Of a DNA stretch of 64,000 bases, positions 1 to 12,140 are shown one piece after another (position 1 is the first letter of the stretch; every line of letters starts with the position of its first letter). The stretch spans positions 49,725,339 to 49,789,338 of the forward strand of contig JBOZIK010000001.1 of the NCBI GenBank assembly GCA_051453625.1, given 5' to 3'. The position numbers were made by a program, and so were the translations under genes. The notes beneath the pieces are model-generated. The model was not told the DNA's origin, searched no databases, and worked only from the letters and a program-made list of their open reading frames with translations. Origin of the DNA: Welwitschia mirabilis. Taxonomy: Eukaryota.

Positions 1-1254
1 ATTTGTCACAATGTTCATGTGGAATATAGACATAGTGCTTGTAACCAAAAACATGAAAATGATTCAACTTCGGCTCTTACCTGTAACACAGGAGACTCCA
101 CCTATAAGTTCAAGATCAAAGAACAACTAGGCACATCGCAATCTGATGCACACACACTCATCACTGACTCTCCACTAGTGCTGCACCTAGTGATTTTTGC
201 ATTTTCTTCCACTTGCCGTGTGCACCCTTGCCTACACCGTTCATACCACAACTAGTCTTCGGGGCATGCCATCATAACAGGAAGGAAGCAGGTCAAAGAA
301 AGAGACAACACATTAACCACGAGGAGCGTTTAAAAAAAGGAGGAGAAGCATTAGAGAAAGAGGCACAGATGCGAGCAAAGCAACGGAAGTGCAAGGCAAG
401 TGCGAGAGTAGAGGAAAAGGATTTTCCTAAGTTATTTTTATTTTATTTTATTTTATTTTTATTTTTTTTATTTTTTAATAAAAGGCTTTTCTTTAAAAAA
501 AAACAAAAAGGGACCATTTATTTTTTTTTCCTGCAAAGTTATACATTTTTTTTTAGAAAAGAACTGAAAAACAAAACTTAGGAAAATCGTTTTTTTTTAA
601 GATAAGAGTTTTCTTTTAAAGCTATTAATTAGGATTGGTCTTATATTTGCAAAAAAAAAAATTTATTTTTCTTTTTAATTAAAAAAAACCTTTTTTAATA
701 TTTTTGAAATCATATTTAAAACTTAAACTTTTTCCAGGTTAGACATTAATTTAAATTTCTCTTAAAAAACCCAAAAAAATCATCACAAAAATTTTTACAA
801 AAAAAATGTTTTGTTGGATTTTAATTATTATTAAGTCCTAAACTTTTTTAGAACTCATTTTTATGCATTGAAATTTTCACTATAGGTAAAACTTTTTAGG
901 CCTAAAATAAATCACATGAAAATATTACAACATTAAGAAGCTTTGTCAAAATGAAATCGATTAAATTTAGTTAAACGTAGTCAACAAACATCACAACTTG
1001 TTCAAACTTGGTCAAAGTTAGTCAAACTGGTCAAAGTGAGTCAAAATGAGTTAAATGATGTCAGTCAACATAAGTCTAAGTTAGTCAAACATAGTTAAAC
1101 ATAGTCAAAGTCAGTCAACTTCAGTCAAACTGGGTTAAGTCATTAGGTTTAGCTTAAACTCATTTAAATCGCCATCAAACCACCAAAGTCAACTATCATC
1201 GTGTAACATTTGAACTAATTCACCATTTACGGGAAATAAAAAATCTCATAAAGA
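1..1254 (+). mobile_element. 5' LTR (left end outside window) of Ty3/Gypsy Tat-like retrotransposon
   Basis: About 210-910 and 1075-1254 recur at 2280-3062 and 3827-4000. This copy is followed directly by a PBS and gag. Confidence 0.7.
960..1145 (+). repeat. Degenerate short tandem motif (AGTCAAA/GTCAAAC-like) inside the LTR
   Basis: Many imperfect gtcaaa/gtcaac/gttaaa units at roughly 10-bp spacing. Confidence 0.6.
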
Positions 1255-1257
1255 GTT

Positions 1258-1275
1258 CGACACTAGAAGGAGGGC
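1258..1275 (+). promoter_or_regulatory. Primer-binding site, tRNA-Asn type
   Basis: cgacactagaaggagggc versus TGGCGCTAGAAGGAGGGC, the complement of the plant cytosolic tRNA-Asn 3' end (recalled). All differences are transitions, and it lies just after the LTR end. Confidence 0.7.
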
Positions 1276-1360
1276 CTCTCTAGTGGGTTTTGCAACAATT
1301 TGTCAAGTCTTTCACACACACTTTTTTTCATCGTCTTGTTAGAAATTTAGAATAGTCATA

Positions 1361-2179
1361 ATGCCAGTATCAATGAGAGGTAAAAAGGCATGCATTTCTG
1401 AGGAGATGTACAAACACCTCATTCAACAAGACCCCTCTACGCTCGTCGCAGATGAGCTTCATGCCATCATGGACTACAGAGCATATTGGAACCCATACCT
1501 TATCCACCCTAGTGAATGAAGTTGTGTCATAACATCCAAAAGGTTAGGATTAACTAGTCAGGAAGGGAGTGAAGCTCATCAGTACAAACTCCTTCATGAA
1601 GAAAACAACAATAAAGAGTTCATCAATGAATGGGGTCATGAAGAAAACCCAGAAATCCAATAGCAACCACAAGTACTATGCCCAAAGAAACAGGCTGACG
1701 ATGATGATAGCTTATTTGAATACTCCACACATGGAGAAGAATCACTTAAAAATAGGTAAGCTGCAAATAAAACTCTTAATCAACCTAATTTGACTACCAT
1801 TTGGAAAGTTATTAATGTCCTAAAACGAAGCCTCCAAAACAAGAAAAACTATTTAGATTCTGACTTTGATAACACTCTAATTCACCCCTCTGTTCCTTGA
1901 AAAATTATATCACCTATTAAAATGCTTGACTTTGAGAAATTCACAGGTGTAGAAGATCCCGTTATGCATGTAATAAACTACAAACATACATGTTATATTT
2001 ACAACATCGAACGAAACATAGCTTATCATCTATTTTGCCGCTCTTTGAAACAACAAGCCCTCGAATGATACCATAGGATACTGACTCATTCGATTAGAAG
2101 TTTAAAATAATTACTGGAAATATTTGTTCAACATTATTCCATCAATATCACAAATGGGTTACCTTAGGTTTCTTGACTA
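1361..2179 (+). pseudogene. Degenerate Ty3/Gypsy (Tat/Ogre-like) gag
   Basis: Starts MPVSMRGKK at 1361. From 1922 it reads MLDFEKFTGVEDPVMHVINYKHTC...HLFCRSLKQQALE*YHRILTHSIRSLK*LLEIFVQHY, a Retrotrans_gag-like pattern with stops. Runs into a gap. Confidence 0.8.
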
Positions 2180-2279
2180 NNNNNNNNNNNNNNNNNNNNN
2201 NNNNNNNNNNNNNNNNNNNNNNNNNNNNNNNNNNNNNNNNNNNNNNNNNNNNNNNNNNNNNNNNNNNNNNNNNNNNNNN

Positions 2280-4000
2280 CACCCTTGCCGTGTGCACCCT
2301 TCCCTACATCGTTAGTACCATAACCAGTCTTCGGGGCATGCCATCATAACAGGGAGGAAGAGGGTCAAAGAAAGAGGCAGCAAATTAACCATGAGGAGTG
2401 TTAAAAGAAAGGAGGAGAAGCATTAGAGAAGAGGGGAGATGCGAACAGAGAAGAAGAGGGCAACACACAGCCAGAAATGGAACCGTAGGAGTGAGGCACA
2501 GACACGAGCAAAGCAACCAAAGCATAAGGCGAGTGTAAGAGCAGATGAAAATGATTTTCCCAGGTTCTTTTTTTTTAATTTAATTTTATTTAATTTTATT
2601 TTTAATTTTTAATTTTTAATTTTTTTTTAATATAAGGATTTTCTTTTGAAAAAAAAGAAGAGGCCATTTAATTTTTTCTTCTTGCAATGTTATACATTTT
2701 TTTTAAGAAAAGAACTCAAAAAAATAAAACTTAGGAAAATTATTTTTTCTAAGATAAGAGTTTTCTTTTAAAGCTATTAATTAGGATTAGTCTTATATTT
2801 GTAAAAAAAAATGCTTTTTCTTTTTAATTTTGGAAAAAAAAGCTTTTTTAATATTTTTTGAAATCATATTTAAAACTTAGTTTTTTTCCTAGTTCAGGCA
2901 TTAATTTAAATTTCTCTTAAAAAACCCAAAAAAATCATCACAAAAATGTTTCCAAAAAAAATGTTTTGTTGGATTTTAATTATTATCAAGTCCTAAACAT
3001 TTTTTAAAACTCATTTTTATGCATTGAAATTTTCACTATAGGTAAAACTTTTTAGGCCTAAANNNNNNNNNNNNNNNNNNNNNNNNNNNNNNNNNNNNNN
3101 NNNNNNNNNNNNNNNNNNNNNNNNNNNNNNNNNNNNNNNNNNNNNNNNNNNNNNNNNNNNNNNNNNNNNNNNNNNNNNNNNNNNNNNNNNNNNNNNNNNN
3201 NNNNNNNNNNNNNNNNNNNNNNNNNNNNNNNNNNNNNNNNNNNNNNNNNNNNNNNNNNNNNNNNNNNNNNNNNNNNNNNNNNNNNNNNNNNNNNNNNNNN
3301 NNNNNNNNNNNNNNNNNNNNNNNNNNNNNNNNNNNNNNNNNNNNNNNNNNNNNNNNNNNNNNNNNNNNNNNNNNNNNNNNNNNNNNNNNNNNNNNNNNNN
3401 NNNNNNNNNNNNNNNNNNNNNNNNNNNNNNNNNNNNNNNNNNNNNNNNNNNNNNNNNNNNNNNNNNNNNNNNNNNNNNNNNNNNNNNNNATTCACTATTT
3501 CACCCCAAAAAAAGGTTTTACAACCACTGAAATACGTCATGGAATAATCCATATCCATGATAGTGTGATTAAATAACTTAGTAACACCATTTTATTAGGG
3601 TTTCCTAGGGTAGGTATTTAAATGTTGAATCCCTTCAGAAGCGAGAAATTCCTTAAACTTACTTTTCTGCTTTAGTCAGCTCACTTTTCTACTTAAGTTT
3701 TGAACTTCTTGAAAATATCCAAAGTCNNNNNNNNNNNNNNNNNNNNNNNNNNNNNNNNNNNNNNNNNNNNNNNNNNNNNNNNNNNNNNNNNNNNNNNNNN
3801 NNNNNNNNNNNNNNNNNNNNNNNNNNTAAGTCAAAGTTAGTCAAACATAGTCAAATTTAGTAAACTCTTGTCAAACCAAGTTAAGTTATTAGGTTTAGCT
3901 TAAGCTCATTTAAATCATCATCAAACCACTAAAGTCACCTATCATTATGTAACATTATAACTAATCCACTGTTTATGGGAAACAAAAAAACTTGTAAACA
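2280..4000 (+). mobile_element. Second (3' or solo) LTR copy of the Tat-like element, gapped
   Basis: Similar to 210-1254. Ends ...cttgtaaaCA at 4000 and is followed by Copia integrase sequence rather than a PBS. 3490-3726 inside it is a duplicate of 4079-4316. Confidence 0.65.
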
Positions 4001-7000
4001 ATATCCATACCAATTTTCAGTTAGAGATACTCCTTTTTTAGTATATCGACCAATATGATTATCAAGATTTACTATTGTATTCACTGTTTCACCTCAAAAA
4101 TAGGTTTTACAACCACTAAAATACATCATGGAATAATCCATATCCATGATAGTGTGATTAAATAACTTAGTAAGACCATTTTATTAGGGTTTCCTAGGGT
4201 AGGTATTCAAATGTCAAATCCCTTCGGAAGCGAGAACTTCCTTAAACTTACTTTTCTATTTTATTCAACTTACTTTTCTAAATAAGTTTTGAACTTATTA
4301 AAAATACCCAAAGTCTAGGATTTGAATTTGATGAAGTATACACCGTTATTCAGTAGTAGTCGTCAATAAAAGAGACAAAATAATAAAACTTGTGGAGAGT
4401 GGAAACTGACATAGGTTTACATAGATCACTATGAATAAGCAGAAGCTTTCAATTGACATACCACTTACTTGGTGCAAACTATTATCGAGTTACTTTACCT
4501 ATAATATATGCTTTACATTGAGGAAAATATCATGGAATAGAAGGAAGAAGCTAGTGGTCATTCTCAAGTATTACATTTATCATATAAGAAGTAGGACATC
4601 CTAGTCGAGCATGCCACAGTAACAAGGAAGAGATCTTGGCTTGGGAAATTATGCAACTAATCTCTTACATTCTGACATAATCATAAATATGAATAATCTT
4701 TCTATTCATGTTGCCTTTCATAACTAGTTATTGATTGCTATTAAAGTGCTTTGTCATAGAAATTTAATGATCTTCGTATACTAGAATGAAAAGTAATAGA
4801 AAATGTAACCTAAAAAAAGGCATATACAGAACATGAGAAAGAATCTGTGGAGAGAGTGATGTCAAGTTAAGGATAAATAAACCATAGCCTTTCATTAGAA
4901 CTAAATTTCTATTGACCAAATAAACCTGACTTAACACTTAAATAAAGTCATTAAAATAATCATGCTAATGAGTTATGTGATGAATAAAACCTATATTAAG
5001 AATTTACATCTTATCATGATGTATATGCTCATTCATAACCACAAATTTAAAGTTGTCAGAAATTGCATTTGACTCAAAATTTTCATTATGAAGTGATTCA
5101 GATTCTTTTGTAATTAAATTGGCCTTAGTTGTAGATTTTATCTTATCCCAAGGTATCCTATNNNNNNNNNNNNNNNNNNNNNNNNNNNNNNNNNNNNNNN
5201 NNNNNNNNNNNNNNNNNNNNNNNNNNNNNNNNNNNNNNNNNNNNNNNNNNNNNNNNNNNNNAAATTATGCAACTAATCTCTTACATTCTAACATAATCAC
5301 AAAGATAAACAAGCTTTCTATCCATATAATCTTTCATAACTGGTTGTTAATTACCATCATAAATATCCACAGAGTGCTTCATCATGGAAATAGAGTGATA
5401 TTTTTGCACTAGAGTAGAAAGTGATAGAAGATGTGACCTTAAAGAAGGAACATATAGAACATGAAAAATAGTCTACAAAGAGAATAATGTCAAGTCAAGG
5501 GTAACTGAGCCACATCCTTCCATAGAAATTGGAGTTCTATGAGCCAAAAAACATGGCTTGATGCTTCAATGAAGTCATCAAAATAATTGCGTCAATAAGT
5601 CATATGACAAGTTACACCTATGTTAAGAATATGTGTGTTGTTATGAGGTATGTGCTCATTCATATCAACAAAGTCAAAGTTGTCAAAGACTATCTTTGGT
5701 TCATAATTTTTAACATCATCAAAACAATTAGATTCTTTGGTAACTCCATTGCCTTAGGTTTAAACTATATCTTGTTCTAAGGAATCCTATAGAAGTCCAT
5801 GGTATGACTTTGTCTTTCACATCATGAGCACTAATATTTATTCATCTTTAGAGTGGAAACATTTAAAACTTATTTCTTAATTTGCTGGGTTTAATTAGAC
5901 TTCCTTTTTTGCTGTTTCTATGGAGCCCCCTTCCCATGATGTGATTCCTTTTGTAGATGGGATTTTTTTGGCAAACTATTTATGTTGATAATAAGGGCCA
6001 CAAGAATGAGAAACTTTACATCAGAGGAACGAGATCCAATAAAGTTAAATTGAGCTTTAGTAGCAATGAGATTCTTATGGAGCATATTAAAAGTCATATT
6101 GTGTAGTTGCTTGCTGTCATGTAGCAACATAATATAACTACGTAAAGATGATTCTTCCAAACAACAATGGATTAAGTTAACATAATGAATGTAAACTTGT
6201 TTTCGTGAATCAATTTCTGCTACATTTGCCTTGATGTCTTGCATCTATGCAATCAATTATCTGATCTACCTTTTTTTATAATGTAAACTATTTATGTGAG
6301 TTATGAGGTTAAGGAGCTTTGAATCATTTATAGAGTAGAATATATCCCTCAAGGTCTAGAAGTTGGTGTAGTTCAATCAACCAACTTCTTANNNNNNNNN
6401 NNNNNNNNNNNNNNNNNNNNNNNNNNNNNNNNNNNNNNNNNNNNNNNNNNNNNNNNNNNNNNNNNNNNNNNNNNNNNNNNNNNNNNNNNNNTAATAAAGT
6501 TAAATTGAGCTTTAATAGAAATGATATTCTTACTGAGCATATTAAAAGTCATATTGTGTATTTGCTTACTGTCATGTAGCAACATAATACAACTACGTAA
6601 AGATGATTCTTCTAAACAACAATGGATTAAGTTAACATAATGAATGTAAATTTTGTTTTCGTGAATCAATTTCCGCTACATTTGCCTTGATGTCTTGCAT
6701 CTATGCAATCAATTGTCTCATCTGTCTTTTTTTATAATGTAAACTATTCGTGTGAGTTATGAGGTTAAGGAGCTCTGAATCATTTATAAAGTAGAATATA
6801 TCCCTCAAGGTCTAGAAGTTGGTGTAGTTCAATAAACCAACTTCTTATGTTGATGAGTGATAGATTTCTACATAGTCTCTGTTAATTTTTCATCAATATC
6901 TTATCAAGAAGNNNNNNNNNNNNNNNNNNNNNNNNNNNNNNNNNNNNNNNNNNNNNNNNNNNNNNNNNNNNNNNNNNNNNNNNNNNNNNNNNNNNNNNNN

Positions 7001-7260
7001 NNNNNNNNNNNCAATATCTTATAAAGAAGCTTCGTCATCTAGATCTTGAAGAGGTATAGGATCATGTATTAAAAAATCCTTCTCATAACCATAAATCCAC
7101 ATAGTTGACATGAATCCTCATGTCAAATCTTTCATAATAATCAAGTAACTCTAATATTAGACATGATCCTTGTGGTGAGAATGGGTGTGAAAGGTTCTAA
7201 CAACCACTGAAACTTACCCTTTGAATATCATGTCAAATGTACTATGATGAAGAAATAAGG
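4001..7260 (-). pseudogene. Degenerate Ty1/Copia gag-protease-integrase
   Basis: Minus strand, Copia domain order: Zn knuckle CS*CERQSHTMDFY (5830-5789), protease ILNIGVTCHMT and VLYVPSLRSHLLS (5630-5423), gag-pre-integrase LWHARLGCP (about 4620-4595), integrase LIHSDLCKPM, FIDDY, P**NG and F(W)GETVNT. The duplicate reads FWGEIVN (track ORF 3058-3558). Confidence 0.88.
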
Positions 7261-9411
7261 AGTATCAGAATAGAGTTAACAAGTTATGAGGTAAAGTCGA
7301 TAATCAAAAGGATCTTTCTTACATCTACAAGTGAAAAAGATCTATTAATCACAAGAAGAAATATTGTCAAACCCTAAAAAAAGATATAAGAAAATAGGAC
7401 CAAGAGATGGTATAATCACAATAAAGGAATCTTGCTCTCATCCATAAATCCAAGTGATCTATCCAAGTCACAATGAAATGAAAGCAAAGAGATAAAAAAT
7501 AATTACAATTAAAAGGTATAGTCATTAAAAAAGGAGATCAAGCTCAAAATTTAAGTGATCTATCCAAACCACAAAGTGTGTCAACAAAAAAAAAGATCTC
7601 CCTAACCAGTGAGAACCCATGCACACAAGAAAGAAAACAAAGATACTTTGTTTAAAATTTCTTAATGTGAGCAAGCTAGATTTTAATGTAAGGGGTCTAA
7701 AATGATTATTAGATGATGAAAATGCTAAAATTGATCAATTTTAAAGTTTTCTCCCAAATTTGAGTAGTGATCACATCCTCTCCAAGGGTGGTATCCTTAT
7801 CTCTAAAGAGAGTAACAAGACAAAATATGAATCACGTCGGTGGGGTATTCAAGTCATTGGTTAGTTTCGGTTATCTCAGCTATATAGCCTCCTTAAGGGA
7901 GAGTATCATGCAATGTCAGTGATGTACTTATCTTAGACTTTGTAAATTTTAGATTTTATTAAACCTATGCTTGTTTGTGATGAAATCCAAGTGGATCCTA
8001 TCACTGTGCCTCTGGCCTTCACCCATTATACTGTTGATTACCAAGGCATACATGGGAATCTGTACCTTAGGGTGCCTAGGACATTTTCACTTAAGAGAGA
8101 CATGTCTCTCCATATGGCTCAAACTTCATAGTTATAGTAGTTAAGACTGCATAATAAGCTTTAGAAGACAGCATGAAGCCCAACATGAATCTCTGTCTAT
8201 GTAAGGCTCCCCATGCCCCCCACCAACCAAAACTTATTGCCACTAAAAATGTTAAATGTTTAAAGGGTGAAAGGTAATTTCCCTTTGTATTACTTAACTT
8301 AAGCAAGGGCAATAAAATTATTAAGAGTGAGAAGAAAACAAAGATCAACACAATAAAAGGTGTTGATTGTGGTATAATTAAGCTAAGTAGATCTTATTCA
8401 TTATCCAACTTCACTTAATCTATCCAAATCACAAAAAATATTTCAAGAGAAAGTGAAAATCAAGGTAAGGGATCTTGCTTCACATCCCAACCTAACTTGA
8501 TAAGAGAATATATACTTTACAAAATTGAAAAATGCCAAGAACATATTTAAAAGCTCAAAAAGAGTGTAAAAATTAGCTTAAAAAAAAGAAAAAAAAGCTC
8601 AAAGAAAATCAAATTAATGGATCTTGCTCAACATCCAGGCTTAGTTTAATCACAAAAAATAAGTTTTNNNNNNNNNNNNNNNNNNNNNNNNNNNNNNNNN
8701 NNNNNNNNNNNNNNNNNNNNNNNNNNNNNNNNNNNNNNNNNNNNNNNNNNNNNNNNNNNNNNNNNNNTGTAAAAATTAGCTTTAAAAAAAAGGAAAACAG
8801 CTCAAACAAGATCAAATTAATGGATCTTTCTCAACATTTCAACTTAGTTTTAATCACAAAAAGTAAGTTTTGGATTTACAAATTTTAAAAAAACCCAAAA
8901 ACTTAAAAAATGGCTAAACAAGCTTAAAAAAATGAAGAAATGTATAAAATTTTGTATGTTTGTAAAACAAAGCTAAAAGCTAGACAATTACTAGCTAAAC
9001 TGCATGTGCGTAGAATTGTGCAATGGCAGAGAAATGGCTTAGACATACTACATGTGTATATAAACAGAGAATTTAGCAAGCACAAACCAAATGTACACAC
9101 ACCTAACATAAATTTTTTAAAAATTGGTTTTAAAACCTTCTGTATCATATCCCTGACTGAGAGACTAAGAATCCAACCTACCAAACTAATTAAAAAGAGG
9201 TTGTCAGATGCACTGCATTTAAACTTAATTCACACAAACAAAACTATAGGCTACAGCAGAGGTGCAGATTAAGTGCAATAGTAGACAACCACAATAAAAA
9301 AGAAAGATGACTAGCACGTCATGCAAGATCGACAGGAACATAAGAACATAGATTAGCATAGGCGAGAGAATTGCATAAAGTATAGCACAGGATGTAATCA
9401 TGTCACACAAA

Positions 9412-9542
9412 GGGTGAGATGCCTAAGTCATGTATTTCTAGGCTTCCGTGTAACAAAAAATGTGTGATGCCTAAGTCATGTATTTCTAGGCTTCCGTGTA
9501 ACAAAAAGGATAAGATGCTTGAGTCATGTATTTCTAGGCATC
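9412..9542 (+). repeat. About 48-bp tandem repeat, about 2.6 units
   Basis: gatgcctaagtcatgtatttctaggcttccgtgtaacaaaaa repeated. The parallel copy at about 10397-10480 has only about 1.6 units. Confidence 0.85.
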
Positions 9543-11566
9543 TAAATCCATAAAAAAGGCATGAATATTTATAAATATAAATTAATATATTGAAATGCCA
9601 CAATTCTTGATACTAGAAGATGCATGTCTTGCCTATAGAGTCTTGTCTTGAAGAACTTATATCAACTGTGTAATTTTTCTGATATGCACGACCTTCTCTA
9701 AGTTTTAGTTTTAACAGACATAAAACANNNNNNNNNNNNNNNNNNNNNNNNNNNNNNNNNNNNNNNNNNNNNNNNNNNNNNNNNNNNNNNNNNNNNNNNN
9801 NNNNNNNNNNNNNNNNNNNNNNNNNNNCTTAGTTTAATCACAAAAAATAAGTTTTGGGTTTACAAATTTAAAAAAAACCCAAAAAACTTGAAAAATAGCT
9901 AAAAACGCTTAAAAAACAAAGGAATGTATAAAATTCTGTATGTTTGTAAAACAAAGCTAAAAGCTAGACAATTACTAGCTAAACTGCGTGTGCATAGAAT
10001 TGTGCAATGGCAGAGAAATGGCTTAGACATACTACATGTGTATATAAACAAAGAAGTTAGCAAGCACAAACCAAATGTGTGCACACCTAACATAAATTTT
10101 TAAAAAATTGGTGTTAAGACCTTCTGTATCAAACCCCTGACTGAGAGACTAAGAATCCAACCTACAAAACTAATCAAAAAGAGGTTGTCAGCTGCACCGC
10201 GTTTGAACTTGGTGCACACAAACAAAAACTGTAGGCTACAGCCGAGTTGCAGACTAAGCGCAGCAGCAGACGACCACAGTAAAAAGGAAAGATGACTAGC
10301 ACGCCATGCAAGATCGATAGGAACACAAGAACATAGATTGGCATAGGCGAGAGCATTGCATAAAATATAGCGCAGAACGCAATCGTGTGACAAAAAGGGT
10401 GAGATGCCTAAGTCGTGTATTTCTGGGCTTCCGTGTAACAAAAAGGATGAGATGCTTGAGTCATGTATTTCTAGGCGTCTGAATCCAAAAAAAAGCATGA
10501 ATCTTTATAAATCTAAATCAATATATTGAAATGCCACAATTCCTGAAACTAGAAGATGCGTGTTTTGCCTGTAGGGTCTTGTCTTGAAGAACTTATATCA
10601 ACTGCATAATTTTTCTGATATGCACGACCTTCTCTAAGTTTTAGTTTTAACAGACATAAAACATTAAAGATGGATGTTTATAGAAGTCGGTAGAGCGACG
10701 ACAGAGGCACCGCAGGGAGCTGGCAGGAACACAAGGCGTGGTAGGGTAACAACAGGACAGACCGGCAGGGTAGTAGCAGCGGGAGATCCTGATGGGACGG
10801 CACAAGCAGGAGCAAGTCGTCGAGGGGTGGCGGCCAACAGCAGACTTCCGATCTCTGGTATGTCCTTCCAAACAAGTGCAATAGGCCAACAAATGCAGTG
10901 GTAGTGCAGAGCAACAGGGCAAGCCGATGCAGATCAGATGCACAGCACGGTGAGAGCGACACTGCAGCGAGTGTCAGAAGTAGCTGAGGTAAGGTCAAGG
11001 CAGAGCAGTAGGTCGGTGGCAGGGGGAAGGCAGTAATAGAGAAAGTAGTAAACTGCAGGTGACCAGTAGGCAAAGGGAGGGTCGTGGGTTGTAGCAGGAG
11101 TTGGGGTAGCACCCCAGGTCATTTGGAGTTAAAAGTCTCCTTTAACAAATAGAAGAGCGATGGGAAAGGCCTTGAAAAAATAAATGTTATTTTTTTTAAA
11201 AACTATTTTATATTTATTTTAAAAAATATTTAAAAAGATAGATGCCACTTTAAAAATAAATATTTTCAAAACAAAGCAGCCCAATTTAAAAAAGACAAAT
11301 GTGTTAAAGAAGACTTTCAAGAGGAAAAAAAGCCACCCATTTCTTTTCTTTTCTTTTTTAAATACACTTCTTTAAACTTTTTTGTATTTTCTTAAAAAAT
11401 ACTTAAAAAAATGGTAGAAAAGAGGAGAAAATATAAGTCTAGGAGAGAGAAAGGGCCAAAAGAAGCCCAAGAAGCCATTAATCAGAGCCCAAAAAACTCT
11501 AAGAGGTCACAAGAAGCTCTAAAGCTTAAGGCTGGCCAAAGAGAGCTCCATAAGATCTCCTCCAAA

Positions 11567-11578
11567 GCTCTGATACCA
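11567..11578 (-). promoter_or_regulatory. Primer-binding site, tRNA-iMet (TGGTATCAGAGC)
   Basis: Plus strand gctctgatacca is a perfect reverse complement of TGGTATCAGAGC, 2 nt from an LTR terminus (tgttgg on plus, ...ccaaCA on minus). Confidence 0.9.
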
Positions 11579-11580
11579 CT

Positions 11581-12140
11581 TGTTGGAAAATAGGAGAGCA
11601 AGAAAATATAAGCAAGATTTTCTAAAATCAAATTTTATTTCTCCAAAAATATTCTTTGTTCTTATTGCATTAAAGAGCTTGCTTATAAAGACAAGCACAC
11701 CGTTGATGCTTCACTAGGATTTTCAAGTCCCCTTAGGCGTAGGACCATAATCTACATACAAACATTACGAACAACGTATTCTCTACTTCATAAGTAGGAT
11801 GAAAGTAAATGTAGATCAAGGATTTAGACATGCTATTACTCTAATCAAAGGCTATTAGTATCATAAAACCCATACTGCAATGTAAGTAGACTGTAATATA
11901 AATATTTCAAGGTATTTAGCAAATACATTACAGTGCAATTGAGGAATAGTACATAGGGACAAGATGAGCCTCAAATCTCAATCCAATTTCTTCATGTAAC
12001 ATTACATTAGAAAGAAGTATAACTGTGTGAGACCATATAACTATTTAGTTTGCACCAAGGTGGACTCTAATAAGTGTGAGTCTATTGCACCTTGTGTGAC
12101 ACAAATAAGTACATTAATATAGGTTATTTTTCCCTTTAGT
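11581..12140 (-). mobile_element. 5' LTR of a minus-strand, probably Copia, element (distal end unresolved)
   Basis: TGTTGG terminus abuts the iMet PBS. The right-hand boundary is a guess. The region is repeated from 12596. Confidence 0.55.

Noticed and set aside
213-581. 122-aa ORF with a hydrophobic segment
   Set aside because: It lies within the LTR, the hydrophobic run comes from poly-T tracts, and the frame is not kept in the second LTR copy.
1258-1285. tRNA gene or terminator hairpin (cactaga...tctagtg)
   Set aside because: Only an 18-nt complement to a tRNA 3' end with no cloverleaf; explained as a PBS.
9412-9542. Regular repeats resembling a CRISPR array
   Set aside because: These are head-to-tail units with no unique spacers and no cas genes, in a eukaryotic TE context.
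10647-11122. Cluster of overlapping ORFs on both strands
   Set aside because: A locally GC-rich, low-complexity leader sequence has few stops; no domain or consistent frame is present.
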